Shown one piece after another: positions 13,225-26,160 of a stretch of 64,000 nt of DNA (positions are counted from its first letter, which is position 1; every line of letters begins with the position of its first letter). A model generated the notes under the pieces. That model had not been told where the DNA came from, searched no databases, and saw nothing but the letters and a program-made list of their open reading frames with translations. The stretch is from Camelus ferus (lineage: Eukaryota). Position numbers and translations under genes: made by a program. Location: NCBI RefSeq assembly GCF_009834535.1, contig NC_045698.1, positions 932,001 to 996,000 on the forward strand, in the 5' to 3' direction.

Positions 13225-13790
13225 GAAGAACTCCTGCCTGTAGGTGAATAGATAAATGATCTGTGATCCATCCAGACAACGGAATATTATTCAGTGCTTA
13301 AAAGAAATGTGTTATCAAGCCATGAAAAGACATGGAGGGACCTTATATTCATGTTGCTAGGTGAAGAAAGCTGATCTGAAAAGGCTGCATGCTGTGTGAT
13401 TCCAGTGATAAGACAGTTTGGAGAAGGCAAGACTGTGGAGACAGTGAAAAGAGCAGTGGTTGCTGGGGCTCCGGGGTGGGGGGATGAAGAGGGAGCACAG
13501 GGCGTTTCAGGGCAGTGAAACCACTGTGTGTGATATGGTAGCAATGGGTACAGATCATTAGACACTTGTCTAAACCCACAGAATAAACAAACCAAGAGTG
13601 ACTGCAGTGTGAACTGTGGAACTTAGTTAATCCCAGTGTATTAGCATTGGCTCCTCAAGCGTAACAGACGTACCACGTTAATGGAAGATGCTAATAATAA
13701 AAAACCCGCAGGATGTGGGGCATGAGAATTCTCTGTGCTTTCTGTTCAATTTTTCTGTAAACTTAAAAGTGTTGTAAAAGATGAAGTCTA
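13225..13790 (+). mobile_element. Old L1M (L1MB/MC-type) 3' region
   Basis: gtgaatagataaat...atccagacaacggaatattattcagtgcttaaaagaaat...ctgaaaaggctgcatgctgtgtgattcc...ttctgtaaacttaaaagtg are typical L1M 3' end motifs. Confidence 0.8.
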
Positions 13791-13799
13791 TGAGTTATT

Positions 13800-14850
13800 T
13801 AAAGATCTGTTGTATTTCTATATATTAGCAATAATACTTAGAAAAGAGTTTTTAAGGGTTTAGAGCTGCACTAAAACCCCCAGATAATCAAGAAAAAATC
13901 TAATCAAATATGCTCACAATCTTTTACAAAAATCTGTACAACATTATTCAGAAAAAAATTTAAAGCTTAAAGAATAGGGAGATATACCATGTTCATGGAT
14001 TGGATGTATCATATTTAAAGCTGTTAATTCTCTCCAAGATGATTTATGGATTCACTACAATCCAGATAAAATCTCAGCAGATTGTGTGTATACGTGGACA
14101 TTGAGAAAACATTTCTAAAAAATACATTGAAATACAAACAGTCAGTAATAGCCATAGTCTTGAAGAAGAACAAAATTGGAGAATTATCACTGCTGGAGAG
14201 GGGACTAATTTTAAAGTTACAGTAAGTAGCAAAATGTGGGAGCCTTGAAAGAAAAGCAGACCAACAGGACACATAGGGCCTCCAGAAAAAACACACAGAG
14301 ACATTGCACTTACACCAAAATCAAGAATTTCTGCTCCACACTAGGATGGCTACAATGGAGACAGAGAGACACTGAGTGAAGGCACTGGTGTGGAGCAACT
14401 GGAGCTGGTGGTTGGAGCACGCCGTGACATGCAGGCTCAGCTCCTAGGCACAAACCTGGCACAACAATGGGCACGAACGCTCACCAGAACGCTTACAGCC
14501 CCAACCTGGACACAGTTCCAGTGTCTGTTAGTAACGCAGTGGATGGATAAACGGGGGCCAGTTAGCACAGCAGAGTCCAATGAGCGAGGACGATAAACAA
14601 ACCACAAACGCATCCAACTCAGCCGCAGCTCAGGAGCTCCGTGTCGGAGGCCAGGCAGGAGCCTGTGTCCTGTTTGCTGCCAAGAGCAAGTCCAAAACTG
14701 GGCAAAGCGCCCAGTGGTGTCGGGGTGGGGACAGGGTCTCTGATGGGGCTGGGCGACGGCTGGTCGGTGGGGCTGTGGGCGTGCCGGCTTTGGTCTGAGT
14801 TCTGGTTATACTGACCTGGCCACCGAATGCATGAAATTATGTACTATTTG
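13800..14850 (+). mobile_element. Old L1 ORF2 C-terminal and 3' fragments (decayed)
   Basis: gggagatataccatgttcatggattgga (DIPCSWIG motif), aagaacaaaattggagaattatcact, accaaaatcaagaatttctgctcc. Confidence 0.7.
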
Positions 14851-16698
14851 ACAGTCACACATTGCAAAACTTTTCTTGAAAACATGACAATGCTATAAAT
14901 ACAGTTCCACTTAAATGCACCCTTATCACCTAAGCAAGCATTTCGCAACCAACCGTCACTTTAAATCTCTGTGCTTTCAAAGGGCTCTCAGTGAAAGTAA
15001 ACCTGTTTCAATTGATTGCCTTATTTGCTGAGCTCTGAATCAATGTTTTCTCTTGGCTCGGACATGCTCCCCACGTGTCGAGGGCAGATGGGTTGATGAG
15101 GCTGTGGCCGGCAAACACCTTCTTCCACACAACCCGTGGGACAGTGTGAGTCCACCCCGTGGCCCCTCCGGCCCCCATGGGGAGCATGGAGGGCACAGGG
15201 CAGAGGTTCAGCCCTGCAGCACCCTGACCAGGGTGGCCTCTGGGAGTTTTGGCAGCTACACCCTCATTTTCTTCAGAATGCAAATCACCCAGAGTTCCTG
15301 AAAAACAGCAGTTGAATCTCCTTACTTGGAAGCATTCCTCTCCTTCCCCGAGCCCCGTGCCCCCACGCAGACTTGGCTGTGACTTGGGTTTGCAGCTGCC
15401 CCAGACTGAAGAGCATCCCCAGCTGGTCCCCTGTTGACCCCAAGCGGGGCACTGCTTCAGAGACAGCAGCCCACACACCAGTGGCCCTTCAAAATGAAGC
15501 CCACCCAATGCCCATCACCCCCTGCCCACCACGGCCAACCGCGGGCCTCGCCCGGACGGGCATGCCGCCTGGTCACGGCTCCCGTCAGGCCAGCGCAGTC
15601 GCCTAGTTAACCACGGCCCTTTGGACCGAGGTTGCCTGGCTGTGCCCTGAGGGGCTCCTCGCAGATGGCTAAACGTGGGACACGACGTGGAAACCAGAGG
15701 AAAGCGTGTGGGGGGTGGCGCCTGCAGGCTGGTGGGCGGCATCTCCGTTTAAAACCTTAATTCAAAGTGCTGACAAGTCTTGTCTCCCACGGGCGGTGAG
15801 GGCCGAGCCTGCAGTGGGGAGTCTGCCTCAGCCTCAGTGGCCAGGGAGCCGAAAGGAGCAGGGATGTAAAAACAAAACCACGGTGGCTGGTGGTTGGGCA
15901 GGGACGCACCCCCTTTGTTCTGTGTCTCTGCTGTCCCCACTCTGCGGGTCCACTTGGGCTTCTACTCCAGCCCTCATGTCCCTCCGGAGCCAGCCCATGG
16001 GAAGGAAGGGTGTCCCCCCGCCACTGGCTGGGGGCACACAGCCTGCCCTCCACTCATGAGCCGTGGCCCCGCCACACAGCCATGCAGTTGCAGGGAAGCT
16101 GGGAAATAAACCTCTCCTGGAAGCAGTGTCCCAGCTCAGAGTCCAGGACTCTCTTACAGGGATCAAGGAGGGATGCACGTTGCTGGACACCTGGGCTCTA
16201 TCACAGACCCTTTCCTTCCTCCCCAGAGAAAAGACCTGGTGGTGGCAGGTCAGCTCCCCAAACGCTCTCCTTCGCCAGCCGCTTGCCCGCTGCGGGCTGG
16301 GCCCGCAGCCAGCACCCTGCATCTCTACGCCCCAGGCTTTTGCTCCCTCCACTGAGGGGAGCTGTGCCACCCACCCCACAGCCCTAGCCTGTGACCTGTG
16401 GTGTCGTCTGAGGACTGGGCTCTGCCTGTATGTGGCCAGGGAGCCCCACCTGGGCCTCCCATCATGAAGGTTCCAGGCATCAGGCCCCTCAGCCCACCAC
16501 ACACGCTGAGAGTCCAGTGTGGAGCAGAGTCCGTTCCAGGGAGGGCGGTCAGGTCACGGGTGGCTCCCCGGGTCCGGTGGCCCGTGCAGGACGCCCGTCC
16601 AGGCTGCTCCCAGGCCTGCACCTTGTCTGCCTCCCCTTGGTGCCCACTTCCTGAACATTGCTCTCCAGCCTCCCATCAGACAATCCGGTGTCCTCCCC

Positions 16699-17090
16699 GT
16701 GGCTTTGGGGCAGATCCTGGTCCCCTGCACCTGTGAATGTGACCTTCCAGAAGGAGAAATATGGTTCAGCAGATGTGATCAAGTTAAAGATCCTGGTTGA
16801 GGAGATTATCCTGGATGAAGGGGTTGGCCTACAGGCGTCCCCGGTGTCCCTGGGAGAGAGGCTGAGGGGATTAGAGACGCACTGGGTGGGGGGCGGGGGC
16901 ACGTGAAGATGGAGGCCGGGACTGGAGCGACGGGCCACCAGCAGGAAGAGGCAGGAGTGTCTTTCCCAGGCCTCTGGAGGGAGGGGACCGCCACGTCGGA
17001 CTTCGGCCTCCAGATCTGGGGGGTGACATGTTTCTGTTGTTCGGAGACAGCAGGTGTGGCGACTTGCTGTGGCCACCCCCGGACACTCAG
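16699..17090 (+). mobile_element. MLT1 (MaLR) LTR
   Basis: cctgtgaatgtgacctt...gcagatgtgatcaagttaaagatc...gagattatcctggat...gtgaagatggaggc...gacttcggcctccaga...tttctgttgtt. Confidence 0.85.
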
Positions 17091-20000
17091 ACCCTCCTTC
17101 TGTGGGGAGCCTGCCAGCCTCAGGAAGGTGACCACTCAGGACAGCCAGCGGCCCCCCCAGGCAGGGTGAGCCCCATGGTCCTGTGCCCACTTAGCCTGGG
17201 GCCCTCACCTGCAGTGACACACGGGCGTGTGGGCAGCACTCTGGGGTCCTCAGAACCACACGCCAAATTCAGGAAGCTGCGGCCCGCCCCCCCACCCCCA
17301 ACGCCCGCTGGCCAGGCCCGTCCCCGGGTCTCCTCTGACCCTCTGCTCTGGGCTCAGGAGCCCCGCCTCCCCGTGACCCACTGCGGTCTCACTTCCGTCC
17401 CTGTCCCTGTCCCTGTCCTCGATGTGAGCTCGGGCTGTGCCTGCCGCCTGCCCCTCGGGGTCCTGGCTCAGCCGGGGCACCTGGGCTGCTTCCCGAGCGC
17501 ACTGATCTCAGGTGAGACGGCTGAGCGAGGCGCCCCCACTGCGAGCGGGGGGTCCACGGGGCAGCTTCTGTGGCTCCCCAGGCTGCTCATTTCCGTCACC
17601 GCCGACACCTACCTGACAGGTGTGGGAGGCCTTCTTCCCCCTCTGAGCTGTAGGGACGGCCTCGCTGGGCCCCGCCTGGACCCAGAGCAGGCTCATGACG
17701 CTTCTCACAACAGAAGACACCATGAATGCACTTGGGTTTCACTCAGCCGTGTCAGCCAGTGTTAGACCCGGGGCTTTAACAGCCTGTCTTGGTGCTTGTG
17801 GGTTTTGGGTCTGGAATTCCAGGAGTTTCTGGGTTTCCCTGGAAGGGTCTTGGGTGGGGCCGGGTGTTGGCTGAGCTGCAAGATGGGGTGTCAGGATGTG
17901 GGGCAGCTGGCGGCTGGCCAGCCCCTCGCTCCCTCTGGGTGGTCTCAGGGCCTCCCAACGTGGCCTCCCCAAAGGCCATTTGCCTAGAGGGTGGCTGAGC
18001 TCACAGCCTGGGGTCCAGTCTCCCCGGCTCGAATGAACCCTCCTCATGCTGCCCAAAGGCCCACGTGTTCCTGCCTCGGCACCCCGGCCCTCGACTTCCA
18101 GGCACCGTGATGACGTTTACCAGGCTGTGTGTTCCAATCTCGTGTCGTGTGGATGCGCAGCTACTCACAGAGCCCAGGCCTGCAGTCACACAGCGGCAGA
18201 CACAGATGTCTACCTCGCCCCGGGAAACACCACCTGCGGGGGCAGAGCTCCTGCAACGCCATCACCGAAGGCAGTCTGCCTGAGCTCAAACTCCACAAAA
18301 CGGAACCACAGCTACGATCTGCATCCTCCTCGCGGGGGCACCTGTAATATCCCCGCCCCATATTCAGGCCCCGAAATCCCCCCACACGGGTAGGGCTGAC
18401 CCTTGAAGCCGGTGTGAACACGACCCTGCAGCCTCAGGTCGCTGTGACTGGGTGTCCCAGGCCCCTGCCCTGGCCACCATCCTGCACAGCTGTCCTGGCC
18501 CCAGCCACGTGGGCACCGTCCTACACAGGCGTCCTGGCACAGCTGCCCTGGAACCTCAAATGCCCCAGTGGGCCTTCCAGGCAGGGGCAGGGGAGGAGGC
18601 TGAACGGTGAAGCAGCCATAGGGGTGGCGAGTTGGGGTTGGGATGGACTGAAGAGTCGCCAGGGTGGGGCCTGGGGGGAGGAGCTGGGAAGACAGGAGTG
18701 AGGCGGAGCGGGAAGGGGGGGCGGCCGAGCACATGCCTGAGACCCCACCTCCTCGGTGCCCAGCAGAATAGGGTGTGGGGCTGGTGGGCCACAGTCCTAG
18801 GCCTCTCCGGGGACAGTGAGGAATCAGTTCTGGCCACGTGGCTTCTTCGTGAAGCTGTCTGGGGGGCAGGGACTGCAGGCTGGGCGGAGGACAGGGCAGA
18901 ACCCCCCTCTCCCCAGTGCTGGGGCGTCCTTGACTCCTCGGGCAGCTGAGAGCTCTGTGTGACTGCACAGCGCACTGGTGGGCCGAGCAAAGTCAGGACC
19001 GTCTCAAAAGAAAGGAGGAGAAACATTGCCTTTTAGCAAGAACTGATACGGTAGCAAATCATTTTCTAAATTATCTGCCCATTTTCTCGGTCACTTGCAC
19101 TCATTTAATCAATACATATATACAAAACCATGGGAAAAGTGCTACATAAACTGTTTACGAAGCATTTAAGACGTCTGTGAAGTTTAACCGGCACTAAGTG
19201 TGGTCGGGGGGTGATCCACTGCCTGCGTTTCGTTGCGTGATCGCGGTCGGTCACTGAGACGGCCTACAGGTTCTCTGTGTTGTATTCTCTGTACTTCTCC
19301 AGTGGGCATCTTTCTCTATAAACCTAGTGGGCTCTTCGGATTATCTCTAAAAAAGATCAGAAGAAAGAACAAGGAATTAGAGTGTGTAAACATTTGGGGC
19401 CTTTGAAGCAGAGGAAGTTTTACGAACGACAGTCTGCCACTGTAGTCAAGGGGGGTGACCGTGTCTCAGGAGACCCTTCACTGGGACGTCCCAGCTGATG
19501 GCACGAACCCTGTGAGGGCCACGCAGGTGCCAACTCAGGGACAGTTCTTCATCGGCACGAGGGGACGCTTCAGAGGCTGGACGGCTCTGACGGTTTTACG
19601 GGTGAGGAAAGCTCGGCTTGCCCTGTTGGTGGGCCCTCCGCCCAGTGCTCACCAGCCTGGGCTGGCAAGGGGGACCTGCCAGCCCCCAAAGGGTTCACGA
19701 AGCCTGGAGAGTTCGCCCAGGCAAGGGCTGAGGGTCTTTAATTAGGCTGGTGGCACACGGGGTCACACACTGTGTCAAATACTGTGGAGCCAAGTGGGCT
19801 CAAAAGGGGCTGGCCCCCACCTCCTCCAGAGAAGCGTTCTCTTCCTGTCTGGAGGGCGGGTTGGCCACAAGGTTGGCTCCTTTCTTAGGGCAAGGTCCAC
19901 CCCACCCCCAGCTTTCCTCACTTATGCCTGGGGCTCTAGTGTATGGATACCCCCAAACCCGGCTACCCCACCATGGAGAGTGGGCCAGTCACATGTGACG

Positions 20001-20329
20001 CCAGCACGCCAGGCGCCAGATGCACCTAAACAGTCCCCAGGCTGGGGGCCCAAACATGCCTTCTCACGCCAGTGCGTAACAACCCGGGGCCTTGCTACTG
20101 ACCTGACATCTGCGGGCCCGCAGCGGTCGGCGTGCCGCGGTGAAGTGTCGGGAAGAGCCGCCTGCAGCCCTGAGCCTCCACACCCGCGACGTCGCTCCTG
20201 GTGATGCCGTGAGTGGGGACAAAGCCGAATCACAGTCAGATGCCAGCTGCTGGACCTTCATGCTCACATTTTCTCTGGAGGAGCACGACGTCGTCCTGGT
20301 CTCAAGTTTTCCTCCCAGATCATTGCAAA

Positions 20330-20715
20330 CAGTACGTCAGGCAGAAAATGAAGAAGCGACCAGGGCCGCACAAAGAGGCGGCAGCACGTGTGAGCGGGAG
20401 AAGCGACAGGCCGTGGAGCATCAGCACGAGCGCTCCAGGCGCAGGGCTTCCCACGGGCGTTTCTCAGAATGACCTTCGCGGCCTTGTTCAGGATAAAAAG
20501 ACCAAAGACTATTTAGGAATTTCAGCAGAGAGTTAAAAATTCCAAAAAGGAAATTCAAAAACTAAAAAGAACGGTTAATAAGCAAGATTTAAAAGCTGCA
20601 TGAATGGGTTTAACAAGAATTTAAATGTAACTGAAAAGAGAATTCTGAACTGGAAAACAGGCCAGGAGGAAACGTCCAAAGTGAATGAGAGAAACGAAGG
20701 GAGGGAAATAAGGAA
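20330..20715 (+). mobile_element. Old L1 ORF1 coiled-coil region remnant
   Basis: A-rich aatttcagcagagagttaaaa...gaatgggtttaacaaga...ctgaaaagagaattctgaactggaaaacagg, reading NGFNKNLNVTEKRILNWK, similar to L1 ORF1 GLNSRLDTAEERISELE. Confidence 0.6.
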
Positions 20716-20989
20716 GCTGCGTGGAGGGCTCGGGGCTGCGGGGCTCTGGGAGGCCAGGACAGAGGGCGGCAAGCCCGGCGAGTGAGGAGAGAGGGGCGGG
20801 GAGCTCCCAGCCCCGACGGAAGTCCCTCTGGCTCCCCAGCCGGCTCAGTGGAGGGCCCCTGTTTCTCCGCACCTCCACCCTCTGCAGCCGTGGGCCCGCA
20901 TCTGCCCAGAGGCCAGCTCCCTGGTGGGAAAGTGCCGGGTTAGGGGGGCTGGGGCCCTCGTGGACCTGTCCTTTCTTCCACTGCTGGTA

Positions 20990-21290
20990 ACTCTGTGACT
21001 GCCTGTGTCCCTTCAAAACTCATTCTTGAAACCTGGTGCCCAGAGTGATGGCGTCTGGAGGCAGAGCCTTTGGGAGGTGAGGGGGTCGTGTGGGTGGGGC
21101 CCTCAGGATGGGACTAGTCACACGAGAGAGGCTCATGGAGCGCCCATGACCTTTCTGCCGGTGCGAGGACCCAGCCGGAAGTCCTCATCTCAGGAGAGGG
21201 CCCCAGACGGCCAGTTTGGCACCCTGACCTTGGACCTCCAGCCCCCAGAACCTCTGTGGCGCTTTGCGGTAGTGGTCCGAATGGACTTGC
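20990..21290 (+). mobile_element. MLT1A-like (MaLR) LTR, internally deleted
   Basis: tgtgtcccttcaaaactcattcttgaaacct...gtgatggcgtctggaggcagagcctttgggaggtga...ggcaccctgaccttggacctccagcccccagaac. Confidence 0.8.
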
Positions 21291-22632
21291 AACAACCTGA
21301 AGACTCGGAGTTCTTCAGCAGCGAGAGCCTGTGTGTCCAGGGCGCTCCGCACCTAGCGCTCCCGCCCCGTCCCGCGTAGCTGGCCTGCTGCGGATTCAGT
21401 CTGAGCGGCTTTCCCGCTAAGGAAGCTGCCTGGAGCCGTGTGCCCTGTGGGGTTGGCGGTGTCGGATGGGCTGCCGAGGTTGTGTGCCTGAATGTGGGGA
21501 CGGACCACGCCCAGGTTTGGCTCCAAGTGGGAGCCGGTCCCCTGCACTGTGACAGGGGACTTCAAGGGCCCCTCTTGGGGAAGAGGCGGGGAGGACGTGA
21601 GGTGGGCACTGGGTTGGGCTCACATGCCTCCCCCGGGCACCGAGCTCTCCTGCAGGCCCTCGGGAGGGCGGGGAGCGTGGACATGTCCCTTCTGCCTGGC
21701 AGGAGTGTGGGCTCTGAGAGCCAGTCCCAGAGAGGCTAAGCTCCGCGCGGCTGTTCGGCACAGTGGATGGGGGACCGGCCCTGCAGGCCCCTGACTCGTC
21801 CGGCCGTGCCTCGACCATTAGGAGGACAGGCGGCTGCACTGGTGTCGTGCCTGTGCCGACGCATCTTCCATGTCCGCTGTGGTCCCCACCCCGACCTGGG
21901 CAGCGTCCCTGCGGGAAGCGGAGGGTCCCAGGCACACATGTCAGCCTCGGGGGACCAAATCCCTGTTAGCTACCCCCGGCTTCTGTCTTTGTGAGTCTTG
22001 CCCCCACCGAGGAGGCAGCCCAAAGGGCGTTCCACCCGAGCAAGACCTAGGCCTGGGCCTCCCTGCGTGAGACTGGCTCCCAGCGGATCTTGAGGGACCA
22101 AATCTGCATCCTGGGCAGCGGTTAGCAGAGCCTGGCCCTGCCCACCGAACGCAGTGGCCTCCCCACTCTCAGTCGGACAGTTAGGCGAGTCCCCACCCCC
22201 CAAGTGTCCGTCTGTCCTCCTCTCCTCTCCACTGCTGGGGGTTGAGGGGGTGAGTCTCATGTCCGCAGGGAACGTCCCCCGTGCCAGGCTCTGGGGGACG
22301 GGGCACTGGGGATGGGGCTCCCTCTGGGTGGGCCGAGAGGGGTGTGGCCGGCAGGTGGGATGGGAAAGGACACTCACCTCAGCTCCGCGCTGTCTGCTCT
22401 GGGTGGGGGGTCTTCTTGGGAAGCGGACCCCCAGATCCCGCTCCTGGGGGGCTGCTGGGTCCGATGTTCGGAAGCCCAGGTTCTCACCCCTCTAGGCTTC
22501 TTCCTTCAACCCCGCCTTTGTCAGGGGCTTGGCAGGCTGTTACTGCCTCGTCTTAGTTCTAATTTGTCCAGAACTGTGTGCAGTAAAGGGCATGTTAAAA
22601 GATACGCTTAAAGAATCATTTAAAAGATATTT

Positions 22633-22995
22633 AGAAAGGCAAATTTCATATGATATCACTTACATGTGGAATCTAAAAAGAAAGATATAACTTCTATTTA
22701 CAAACCAGGAACAGGCCCACAGACATAGAAAACAAGCTATAGTCACCACAGGGGAGAGGGCGGGGAGGGTTAGGTTAGGAGTTTGGGATTAGCAGACACA
22801 CACTACTGTGTATGAAACAGATAAACAACAGGGGCCTGCTGTGCAGCGCAGGGAACTGCATCCAACACCTTGTAACGACACGTAATGGGAAAGAACCCGA
22901 AAAATATGCACGTGTGTCTGTGTGTAACTGAACCACTTTGCTTGCGCCTGAAGCTAACATTGCAAATCAACTGCACTTCAATTAATTTTTTTTTA
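22633..22995 (+). mobile_element. Artiodactyl/camelid-type L1 3' UTR
   Basis: catatgatatcacttacatgtggaatctaaaaa...cacagacatagaaaacaagct...ggagtttgggattagcagacacacactact...gtaactgaaccactttgc...caactgcacttcaatt. Confidence 0.9.
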
Positions 22996-24033
22996 AAGAC
23001 ATGGGTTTTAAACAGTGTAGAGTTAAAAAACCTTAAGGTGTTAAAGACTGGTTCAAGGGAGAATTCAGTCAGGAATGCCGAGACATTTATCACAGGAGGA
23101 AAACCCGGTCAGTGTCCGGCTACCAGGTGCGCCCTCCCCAGGCACGCCTGTCTGCATTGCTGTCGGTTTTCCACGCCCACGGAGCTGCAAAATTATTCCA
23201 GAACAAAGAAAGGGGCAGAGTACGCAGGGTTAGGGCACAGGAGTGTGGCATCTGCTGTTTCAAATTCTTTCAGAATTTTCGCTGACGTGTTACGGTCAGA
23301 GTCGCGGGGCGGGGAGGACCTGTGCTTTAAGCTGTTAGGGAAATGGAGCCTCGGCAGGATGCCCAGCCCTGCCCTGCCCTCTGCACCCCCGCAGGGGCTC
23401 AGCCAGGCCGTCCTCGCTCGTACCCCCTCCCTGGCCCTCCTGGTGTTTAAACCCCCTCCCCCGGTTCTGGGACCTCAGGCCGGTCTGGACTGATGGCTAT
23501 CGGGCCCCCATCCTGCTGTCTCAGCTCTCTCCATAGACCTTCTTGGCAAGACTTCACCAAAGATGGTCCCTGTGTGTCCTGAAGCAGAACCCCTTCCTTT
23601 GTGAGAAGCCTTTAAAGGGTTCTAAGCATTTCAGACAAACCTCAGTGTGCAAATCCGAGGTGTAAGTCCTCGTGCCCCGGAGGCTGTTACGCGAATTTAT
23701 GAAAAGAAGCGAATCCTCAGTCCTGACCGTCAGACGCTCTGCCAGCGCTGACTGACGCCTGCCTGCTGGACGCAGTTCTAAGCCCGGCAGCCCGACCACC
23801 CTCATCCTGGGTCCGTGGTGAGCAGAGGAGATGGATCCCAGAAGGTGACATGGCAGACGTGGCCCCGGGGGCGGAGCAGGTCAGAGGGAAGATGCCAAAG
23901 AGCCCAGACTTCAGCCGTTCTGACGGGCTGAGGTGACTGTCACTGTGGTTTTGATTTGCGTTTCCCTGACGGTCAGCGATGTGGATCACCTTTCCACAGG
24001 GCTGCTGGCCACCTTCATTTCCCTCTTTGGAGA

Positions 24034-24120
24034 TTTTATTTAATGGAGGTGCTGGGGATTGAACACAGGACCTCGTGCACGCTAAGCGCGTGCTCTATCC
24101 CCAAGCTACACCCTCCGCCC
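24034..24120 (-). mobile_element. tRNA-derived SINE (vic-1-like) inserted into an antisense L1 fragment (about 23925-24170)
   Basis: ttttatttaatggaggtgctggggattgaacacaggacctcgtgcacgctaagcgcgtgctctatccccaagctacaccc; the flank gtggttttgatttgcgtttccctga is antisense L1 ORF2. Confidence 0.85.
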
Positions 24121-24934
24121 CGTGTGTCCTCTCTGCAAGGACAGAAGCGTTGACTCCCACACTGAGTGGCCACCCACTGAGGTCAGCCCGAGGCGTTGCC
24201 ATGCGGCTTTGTTGTTTGAGGCCCACACCCCGTCTTCTGGTCCCCTGTCTCTGGTGTTTCAGTGGTTGAGGGGCTCACAGTCAGCGGTTCCTGATCCTCG
24301 AGGCCCCTTCGGTGACCCCGGGAGGCAGTGGGGTGGGGTCGCCCATCCCTGCCGCGACCAGCAGCTCGGCTCCTCCTTGCGTTTGTTTGCCTACCTCCTT
24401 GTGTTTGGATCCCCCGCGTGCTGGCCGCTTGGGTTTTGTGACCAGCTGGCTCTTGTCGCACCATCCTGTTCAGGGTTTTGTTGGCACAAAACATGCTTTG
24501 GCTGAACGTCTTGGAGAGGGTTCTGCCTCCTGCAGCCCCGTTTTCATGGAGCTTCTGACCTTTAGTCGTTCATCCCTGGAAGCCAGACTCAGTGTCTTCT
24601 GTTCAGAACAGACTTTTGAGGCGGCTCGTGGGACGGAACAGGGAGGGAACGGGGAGAGAGACGGGGCCCGGGCCGCAGATGGCCCCACCTGATCAGCTCT
24701 CAGCCGGGCAGCTTCCGCGGCCTGGCCCAAGTTTTCTGCCACTTTGATTGATGTACTGCAGCTGAGTTGTCTTGTATAATGACAATAAATGCTGATTGTG
24801 AACATTTCTATTAGACTTCGTTGTCCTTATATAATTTTACTTCCTTTATTTACTAAATAAATGGCACCAGAAAAACAAATCCATTCTCTTCTAACAGAAT
24901 AGCCATGAAAATGGTAGGAAATGGTCAAGGCAAG

Positions 24935-25358
24935 CGTAAGAGGAAGAATCGGTCCACTTAGGAGATAAACTGAAAGTTTTATTCGAGTCAGATTGAGGAT
25001 TATCGCCTGGGAACCGCCGCTCAGAAAGCTCCAGGAACTGCTGTGCTGTCGCGAGGTCAGTGCACAGCCATCCAGGCTTTGGACGGATGGGCGTCAAATG
25101 GCGTAGACTGTCTGCCCAACGCAGGCCTGTAAGTGCAGCGGGGGGCGTTGTGGCCCCTCCCAGCATCAGGGCGGAGTGTTACCCTCGAAGGAGTGGCCTG
25201 CTGGTGCCGGGAGAATGCTGGACCTCGTGGCATGTGTCCACGTGAGACACAGACTCGCGATGTGCAGGGTGGGGAGGGGAGGCCGAAAGGGACAGAGAAA
25301 TTTTTTCTGTGTTTAAATTTTTCACGTCTTGCCACAAAAATCCAAGTTTTATTTCACA
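24935..25358 (-). mobile_element. Solo ERV1-like LTR, copy 3
   Basis: gttttattcgagtcagattgaggattatc near the left end and tttaaatttttcacgtcttgccacaaaaatccaagttttatttcaca at the right end; homologous to copies 1 and 2. Left boundary approximate. Confidence 0.7.
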
Positions 25359-25751
25359 GAATAATTTCTTAGGGAGGTTATTTTTCACAACAAACAGCTG
25401 ATTCAACCAAGAGGCGGGTGTGTGGGCGAGTTGAGACCCACCTCCTCCCGGCCCCACACCTCGCGTCGCCGGCCGCCGCCCTCCAGACCCGCCGCCCACC
25501 TCGCGGAGGGCGTCCAGCGGCGCCCCAGTCACACGTCGTGTGGAACCCCCAGGCCTCCTGCTCGGTGTGCGTGTTTCGTGAGGGAGTGGAGACTGCTATT
25601 CAGCACGGAGCGGGCACACGGTCTCTTCGTCGCAGTCACCCCAGAGTCATGAAAGACCCTGTTTAGGAGGACAATTCCTCTGTTAGTCGAGAGGTGTTTT
25701 TTCAGAAAAGCCTTTTAGAAATCTGCACTGGAAGGGGGAAGACAAGCCCCC

Positions 25752-26160
25752 TGTGATGGCAGATTTTATGTGCCAACTTGGCTGGGCCCTGGGGTGCCCA
25801 GCCGCCTGGCCAAACGCACTTCCGGGTGTGTCTGGATATGATGAGTGTCTGAATCAGTGGATGGAGAAGCAGATGGCCCTCCCCAGTGTGGTGGGCCTCA
25901 TCCGATCAGTTGAAGGCCTGAAGAGGACAGAAAGTAGGAGACACCCCCCCCACCCCTTGACGGTCTGAGCTGGGACGTTAGTCTTTTGCAGCCTTTGGAC
26001 TTGAACTGAAACTTCGGGCCTTCCCAGATCTCAGCCAGCAGCCTTCGGGCTGGTGCTCACTCCAGTAGCTCCCCCGGCCTCCAGCACGCTGCCCGCCGAG
26101 CCTGGGACTAGCCAGCTCCGTAATCATGTGGGTCAGTTCCTCACAATGAACCTCAGGACG
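25752..26160 (+). mobile_element. MLT2 (ERVL) LTR
   Basis: tgtgatggcagattttatgtgccaacttggctgggcc...aagcagatggccctccccagtgtggtgggcctcatccgatcagttgaaggcctga...ctccgtaatcatgtgggtcagttcct. Confidence 0.9.
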
